Positions 58,510-64,000 of a stretch of 64,000 bases of DNA are shown one piece after another (position 1 is the first letter of the stretch; each line of letters begins with the position of its first letter). Made by a program: the position numbers and the translations under genes. Source of the stretch: Proteobacteria bacterium UBA2136 (GTDB taxonomy: Bacteria > Pseudomonadota > Alphaproteobacteria > UBA2136); NCBI GenBank assembly GCA_002328405.1, contig DCXM01000006.1, positions 595,407-659,406 on the forward strand. Direction: 5' to 3'. The notes under the pieces are model-generated. The model was not told the DNA's origin, ran no database searches, and saw nothing but the letters and a program-made list of their open reading frames with translations.

Positions 58510-60330
58510 ATGCACGATATTATCACAGCCATTGCCATTGTTATGGTTTTGGGGATGAGTAGCCAGTGGGTTGCTTGGCGTCTAAAGGTTCCTGCCATTG
58601 TTTTAATGTTCTTGGCAGGTTTGTTTGTTGGCCCTATAACAGGTGTTTTTGACCCTTCAATGGTTTTCGAAGACTTTTTACGCCCCTTTGTTTCCATTGC
58701 CATTGCCATTATCTTATTTGAAGGTGGCCTTTCCCTTAAAATACAAGAACTGAAAGAAACAAAGAAGGCTGTGCGCCGGATGATTTTAGGTGCGCCACTT
58801 TCTTGGTTCTTAACAGCGGTCGCGGCTCATTATATTGCTGGCCTTTCTTGGCCGGTTGCCATTTTAATTGGCGGTATCTTGGTGGTGACAGGTCCCACTG
58901 TGATTATGCCCTTACTGCGCCAAGCAAGGTTAAACACCCGCGTTGGCTCGGTTTTGAAGTGGGAAGGTATTGTGAATGATCCAATCGGTGCGCTGTTTGC
59001 CGTATTAGCATATGAATATTTCACATTGTTTAGGGAAGCCGGCTCTATGGCAGGCAGTTTTTCTGCTTTCTTTGGCAGTACGGTGGTGGTTCTTTTGGCG
59101 TCCTATGGTCTTGCGCGTTTGATGGGTTGGGTTTTCACCAAAGGTTACGTGCCAGACTTTTTAAAGGTCCCAGTTATTTTAACATCGGTCATCACATCAT
59201 ATGTTGTGGCTAATCAACTTCAGCACGAGGCAGGTTTGGTTGCGGTCACCGTTTTGGGTGTGACTTTGGGTAACATGCGCCTTGCATCTATTGAGGAAAT
59301 TCGACGTTTTAAAGAAGCTGTAACATTGGTTTTTGTTTCAGCAGTCTTCGTGGTGTTGTCCGCCACTTTGAAGCCTGAGCAATTGGCTGTGTTAGACCTT
59401 CAAAGTGTGATGTTTATTGTGGCGTTGTTGGTGCTGGTACGTCCCTTAATGGTGATGATTGTCACCGCAGGGACCGAGCTGACTTGGCAAGAAAAAGTGA
59501 TGGTCAGCTGGATTGCGCCAAGGGGGGTGGTTTGTGTGGCTGTGGCTGGTATTTTTGCACCGGACATGATGGCCTATGGCTATGAAGATGCCAACAAGTT
59601 AATTCCGCTTTGTTTTGCCGTGGTTTTTGTGACTGTGGTTTTGCACGGGTTTTCCATCCGTTTCTTGGGGCGCAAGCTCGACTTGGTCGCCAAAAAGGAA
59701 AATGGCATTATGTTGGTGGGTGCATCGCCCATGGCTTTTGACTTGGCGGAGGTGATTCAGTCACGCGATATCCCTGTCATCGTTGCGGACAATAACTGGA
59801 ATAAGCTGAAGCCTATCCGCGTGGCTAACATTCGCACCTATTACGGTGAAATTTTAAGCGAAGAGGCAGAGCACCGGTTGGAATTTAACCAGTTTTCCTA
59901 CCTACTGGCATTGACCGACAGTGTGGCGTATAACTCGCTTGTTTGTTCGCGTTATGTGCATGAATTTGGTCGTGAGAACATTGCCCAGCTTGCAAGGCAA
60001 AAAGAAGACGAGGATGATCCACACGCTTACACCAACACGTTGCGTGGTAAAACCTTGGTGGGTGAGGAAATGGCTTTTGATAAATTTGGTCGCAAACATG
60101 CGCAAGGTTGGCGCTTTGTCAGTTCGCGACTCACGGAAACATACACCTATAAGGATTATCTTAAGCAAAAAGGTGAAAATTGTATTCCAATCATGGCGAT
60201 TACTGAAACAGGTAAAATTATATTCAACACCAAGGACAGTGAATATACACCCGGCCGTAATGATGTTTTGATTGCGTTTATGAAAATTGAACCAGAGCAA
60301 TTGGCCGCACAAACAGACGCCTATAAATAA
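58510..60330 (+). CDS. CPA1/NhaP-type cation:proton antiporter with C-terminal RCK-like domain
   Basis: ILFEGGL, VTGPTVI.P, WEGIVNDPIGA, IAPRGVV. Confidence 0.9.
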   Translation: MHDIITAIAIVMVLGMSSQWVAWRLKVPAIVLMFLAGLFVGPITGVFDPSMVFEDFLRPFVSIAIAIILFEGGLSLKIQELKETKKAVRRMILGAPLSWFLTAVAAHYIAGLSWPVAILIGGILVVTGPTVIMPLLRQARLNTRVGSVLKWEGIVNDPIGALFAVLAYEYFTLFREAGSMAGSFSAFFGSTVVVLLASYGLARLMGWVFTKGYVPDFLKVPVILTSVITSYVVANQLQHEAGLVAVTVLGVTLGNMRLASIEEIRRFKEAVTLVFVSAVFVVLSATLKPEQLAVLDLQSVMFIVALLVLVRPLMVMIVTAGTELTWQEKVMVSWIAPRGVVCVAVAGIFAPDMMAYGYEDANKLIPLCFAVVFVTVVLHGFSIRFLGRKLDLVAKKENGIMLVGASPMAFDLAEVIQSRDIPVIVADNNWNKLKPIRVANIRTYYGEILSEEAEHRLEFNQFSYLLALTDSVAYNSLVCSRYVHEFGRENIAQLARQKEDEDDPHAYTNTLRGKTLVGEEMAFDKFGRKHAQGWRFVSSRLTETYTYKDYLKQKGENCIPIMAITETGKIIFNTKDSEYTPGRNDVLIAFMKIEPEQLAAQTDAYK

Positions 60331-60402
60331 TAGCGTCTATTTGTTCTTGGCTTTTCGCTTTTTGTTTTTGTGGATTTTGCTTTTAATTGTCTTGGTGTGT
60401 TG

Positions 60403-60786
60403 CTATCCAACGTGACGCACCAAGGTGCATTGGGACAAATCATTGGCGTTGATAATCAAAACATTGCCACAAGATGAGATAATGGCGTGGGTGGCTTGAA
60501 TGTCGATCCCTTCATCCTTGCGGCGCTGTAATGCACTTTGAAGCAGTTGGCTGGCCTTGTCATCGTCTTCAATGGCGTCTGCAAGGTCGTCATACCCACC
60601 TACAACAAACACGCCGTAGCCCAATTCGTCATGCTCTTCTAAAATGGCTTGCACGTCGTCCATGTATGAATCGTCGGAGGATCTGCCAATTTCACGCAGT
60701 TGGTTGCAACATTCAAACATAGATTCCAATGTTGCTTCGCTGTTGTGCGTTTCTAGTTCCATATCAAAAGTGTTGTCATGCTCCAT
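60403..60786 (-). CDS. Acidic hypothetical protein
   Basis: 127-aa ORF, D/E-rich. Confidence 0.65.
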   Translation of the reverse strand: MEHDNTFDMELETHNSEATLESMFECCNQLREIGRSSDDSYMDDVQAILEEHDELGYGVFVVGGYDDLADAIEDDDKASQLLQSALQRRKDEGIDIQATHAIISSCGNVLIINANDLSQCTLVRHVG

Positions 60787-60926
60787 AAAACGTACCCTTT
60801 GAATTTTAAGTTGTATTCATATTTGTAAATTATATGCATATGATAGCAAATTATAAAAATAAAATTTCTGACATAGTTCATTTTCCTTCCTTGCAGTTTT
60901 GTTTTTGCGGCTGTAAAATCCACGTT

Positions 60927-62468
60927 ATGGAAAAAATATCTCAAAAATGGTTAAAACCCATCTCTGGCCCGTTGCTGTTGTGTATTGTAGATGGCTTTGG
61001 CCTGCGTGAAGAAAAGGCAGGTAACGCTGTTGCCCTTGCCAACACGCCAACCTTGGATGAATTGTATCAAACTTGCCCCCACGCACAATTGTGGACCCAC
61101 GGTGAATATGTGGGTTTGCCAGAAGGTCAAATGGGTAACAGCGAAGTCGGACACATGACCATTGGCGCAGGGCGCACCATTTTGCAAAAACTGGACGAAA
61201 TTAGGCAGGGTATGGACGATGTGGACGTGAGTCAATTGACCCAATCTGTGGAGGGTTCAGGCCATGTTCACCTCATCGGCTTGCTCAGTGATGGTGGGAT
61301 ACACAGCCATACGGACCATTTTGTTTTGATGTGTCAAAAGCTCAGCGCTTTAGGCAAGCCCATTTATGTCCATGCCATTTTAGATGGTCGGGACACCGCC
61401 CCGCAGGACGCGCTCAAACAAATTCAAAACTTCCAGCAGCAGGTGTCTGGGTTAGATGTCCATGTTGTGGACTTGATTGGTCGGTTTTATGCCATGGATA
61501 GGGACGGTAATGGCGATCGATTGCAAAAAGCTTATGACCTTTACACAAGGCGGATAGGCACAAAATTTGCCAACATTGATCAGGCTGTGCAAAGCCAGTA
61601 TGGCAAAGATTTGACCGATGAATTTTTTGAACCTTGTCTCCTTGAAGGATTCGAAAACTGTCAAATTCAAACAGGTGATGCTGTTGTCTTTATGAACTTT
61701 CGGGCGGATCGGATGCGCCAAATTGTCCGTAGCTTTATTGGCCTACCTGTGCCAATGCTTCAGCCGCAACAAAATGCTTTGCCTCAAGTTTGGTGTATGG
61801 CGGAATATGATAAAGCTTTTGAAGGTCAGGTTTTTGTACTTTTCCCACCCAGCCAACCCAAGATGACCTTGGGTGAAGTGGTGGCCGGTAGGGGTGGCAA
61901 ACAATTGCGGATTGCTGAAAGTGAAAAGTATGCCCATGTGACATTCTTCCTCAACGGTGGGCGTGAAAAACCCTTTGAGGGGGAGGACCGCATTGTCATA
62001 CCGTCGCCTAAAGTTAAAACATATGACTTACAACCTGAAATGTCTCTGCCAGAGGTAACCGAAAAGCTGACGGACGCCATATCAAATGGTGGCTATGACC
62101 TGATTGTTCTGAATATTGCCAATGGTGATCAGGTTGGTCACAGTGGCTCACTTGAAGCGTCGGTGACTGCGGTGGAACATATTGACAAATGCCTTGCGAA
62201 ACTTGTAAAACAGCTTAAGTCTGTAGGTGGTGAAATGTTGATGATTGCAGACCACGGCAACTGTGAAGAAATGTTTGCAAACGATGGTTCAATGATGACA
62301 TCTCACACGTTAAACCCAGTGCCCATTCTTTATGTTGGGCGACAAGGGGCAAGCGTTGAAAGTGGCTCGCTGAGGGACGTGGCACCCACGGCGCTCTCTT
62401 TACTGGGCTTGGATATCCCCAAGCAAATGACAGGTGAGGTGCTTGTTAAAATGAGAAAGGTTCTTTAA
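60927..62468 (+). CDS. gpmI: 2,3-bisphosphoglycerate-independent phosphoglycerate mutase
   Basis: VGLPEGQMGNSEVGH, DGRDT, GRFYAMDRD, NFRADR, EKYAHVTFF, ADHGN. Confidence 0.96.
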   Translation: MEKISQKWLKPISGPLLLCIVDGFGLREEKAGNAVALANTPTLDELYQTCPHAQLWTHGEYVGLPEGQMGNSEVGHMTIGAGRTILQKLDEIRQGMDDVDVSQLTQSVEGSGHVHLIGLLSDGGIHSHTDHFVLMCQKLSALGKPIYVHAILDGRDTAPQDALKQIQNFQQQVSGLDVHVVDLIGRFYAMDRDGNGDRLQKAYDLYTRRIGTKFANIDQAVQSQYGKDLTDEFFEPCLLEGFENCQIQTGDAVVFMNFRADRMRQIVRSFIGLPVPMLQPQQNALPQVWCMAEYDKAFEGQVFVLFPPSQPKMTLGEVVAGRGGKQLRIAESEKYAHVTFFLNGGREKPFEGEDRIVIPSPKVKTYDLQPEMSLPEVTEKLTDAISNGGYDLIVLNIANGDQVGHSGSLEASVTAVEHIDKCLAKLVKQLKSVGGEMLMIADHGNCEEMFANDGSMMTSHTLNPVPILYVGRQGASVESGSLRDVAPTALSLLGLDIPKQMTGEVLVKMRKVL

Positions 62469-63602
62469 ATGCGCAATGTACTTGCACTGCTCAGCTTCAT
62501 GATTGCAACGGCTTTAATGGCACCTGTTTGTGTGGCTGAACAGGCCAAGTCGCTCAATGCGGTGGTAAGCCCTGTGGCGCAAGGTACAAGCGATGAAGAA
62601 ATGCGCTTGTTGGAACTTAAACGCCAAGAAGAAGAGCGCAAGCGCAAACAACGCATTGCCAAAAGAGTTGCTAAAATTAAAAAGCTGGAAGCTGAAATGG
62701 CGCAAACCGATAGCTTGATTATGAGCTTGAGCGATAAAATGTCCGCCATCGAAAAAGACATTGACCAGTTGTACGAACAAGAGGATGCCGCAAGGTTGAA
62801 GTTGCAAGGTAAATTGGCATTGTTTAATGCCACCGCCATGCAAATTGCCCGGCTGGAGAGAATGCCGCTGGAGGCGATGGCCGCCGCAACAAACTTGCGT
62901 TCAGGCTATGACCGCAAAAGCGTTGTTGAAAGTGGTCGAAAGTCCTTATCCAGTATTATTTATCAAAATCGTGATGATATTTACAAAATACAAGAAATTC
63001 GCATGCAGCGCCAAGACAAGATGGACGAGATTGAAGGCTTAAGACATAAAATGCTTGCCGAGCGAAAAAGTGTTCAAAACTTGTTCGATAAACAAGTTGA
63101 ATTGCTTTCTAAGGACTCTTCTTTAAAGGCTGATTTGATGCTTAAAGCCCAACAAACAAAACAATCTAAAACGGTGACGGACCTGTTAGAGCGTTATGAG
63201 GGGCGGGATGATTATTTACCGCCTGTGCGCCATGTTCTCAAAAAGTTGCCTGTCAAGGGTCAGGTTGTGGAAGCCTATAATCAAAGAAAACCGTCAGGTC
63301 TATTCTCCAAGGGAATACGTATTGAAACGGTGGCCAAAGAGCCAGTGGTGGGTTTAAAGGATGGCCGGGTAATTTACAGCGACACGTTTAGAGATTATGG
63401 CTTTATGGTGATTGTTGAACATTCCGACGGTTCGCACACCTTATACAGTGGTATGGAAAAAAGCTCGATCACGGTGGGAGACTTTGCACCCGCTGGGCAG
63501 GTTTTAGGTTTTATGTCTCCAAACAAAAGGCCAGAGCTTTACCTTGAAGTGCGCAAGAGCGGTAAAACCATCGACCCTGTAAAGTATTTGGCGTTAAACT
63601 AG
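62469..63602 (+). CDS. envC: Murein hydrolase activator EnvC-like (coiled coil + degenerate M23 domain)
   Basis: Signal peptide, long coiled coil, LYLEVRK.GK.IDP; located between gpmI and ctpA. Confidence 0.8.
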   Translation: MRNVLALLSFMIATALMAPVCVAEQAKSLNAVVSPVAQGTSDEEMRLLELKRQEEERKRKQRIAKRVAKIKKLEAEMAQTDSLIMSLSDKMSAIEKDIDQLYEQEDAARLKLQGKLALFNATAMQIARLERMPLEAMAAATNLRSGYDRKSVVESGRKSLSSIIYQNRDDIYKIQEIRMQRQDKMDEIEGLRHKMLAERKSVQNLFDKQVELLSKDSSLKADLMLKAQQTKQSKTVTDLLERYEGRDDYLPPVRHVLKKLPVKGQVVEAYNQRKPSGLFSKGIRIETVAKEPVVGLKDGRVIYSDTFRDYGFMVIVEHSDGSHTLYSGMEKSSITVGDFAPAGQVLGFMSPNKRPELYLEVRKSGKTIDPVKYLALN

Positions 63603-63684
63603 ATTATATCATTTTCGCCTTTTTTTTGCAGGAGACTTTCTGTAAGATTGATTTTGTTACGATTTAAATAAAAAGAAGAATATT

Positions 63685-64000
63685 ATGATTCCTACAACAT
63701 TTAAAAACGCACTTTTAGCATTTTTAACCATTTTGCTTTTGCCAACACAAGCTTTTTCCTTAAGCGAAGATGCATATGAAAAATTAGACATTTTAGCCAA
63801 TGTGTTTGAGCGTATTAAGTCCGCGTACGTTGAAGATGTTACCGATACAGACGTGCTAGAAGCAGCGATTAACGGCATGTTGGTGTCGCTCGACCCTCAT
63901 TCTTCTTACATGAATGTTGACAGCTTTAAAGACATGCGCGAGCAAACAAGCGGTGAGTTTGGTGGCCTTGGTATTGAGGTTACAATGGAGCGTGGTGTTG
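63685..64000 (+). CDS. ctpA: S41 carboxyl-terminal processing protease (runs off window)
   Basis: Read manually: VFERIKSAYVEDV...AINGMLVSLDPHSSY...SGEFGGLGIEV. Confidence 0.92.
   Translation, partial: MIPTTFKNALLAFLTILLLPTQAFSLSEDAYEKLDILANVFERIKSAYVEDVTDTDVLEAAINGMLVSLDPHSSYMNVDSFKDMREQTSGEFGGLGIEVTMERGV

Noticed and set aside
60337-60402. Lys-rich 21-codon frame after the TAG of 60403-60786 (possible readthrough)
   Set aside because: Explained by the A-rich strand composition; no other support.
60834-60926. N-terminal extensions given by the ORF track for gpmI (likewise ftsE, umuD and the primase)
   Set aside because: Family-like sequence begins at downstream start codons, with an RBS (ftsE, primase) or promoter (umuD) visible there; the extensions are longest-ORF artefacts.

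Overview
Bacterial chromosomal window with Alphaproteobacteria-like gene content and order (mdh-sucC-sucD; zinc-ribbon/ftsE-ftsX-ydcF; def-fmt-truA; rplY-pth; gpmI-envC-ctpA) but a one-piece tmRNA and a non-classical succinate dehydrogenase (CCG-anchored, type E-like). Together these suggest a deep-branching or unusual lineage. Positions 1-15 kb hold a TCA-cycle cluster interleaved with orphan ORFs. Positions ~15.76-36.4 kb are a ~20.6 kb integrated element at tRNA-Gln(TTG) with a P4-family integrase, AlpA and a Prim-Pol/DUF3987 replicase, but no capsid or conjugation genes. Its cargo is (i) a type I R-M operon with an embedded DUF262/DUF1524 nuclease and a coupled HEPN-motif protein, (ii) a umuD-X-umuC operon, and (iii) a C4-like antisense RNA switch ahead of a three-gene Sel1 / membrane-anchored degenerate phage-protein domain / exported nuclease module, which is the best candidate for an undescribed system. 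Positions 36.5-64 kb are mostly housekeeping genes plus tmRNA and a coiled-coil/vWA secreted pair. All family assignments come from motif recognition by eye; no database searches were run.
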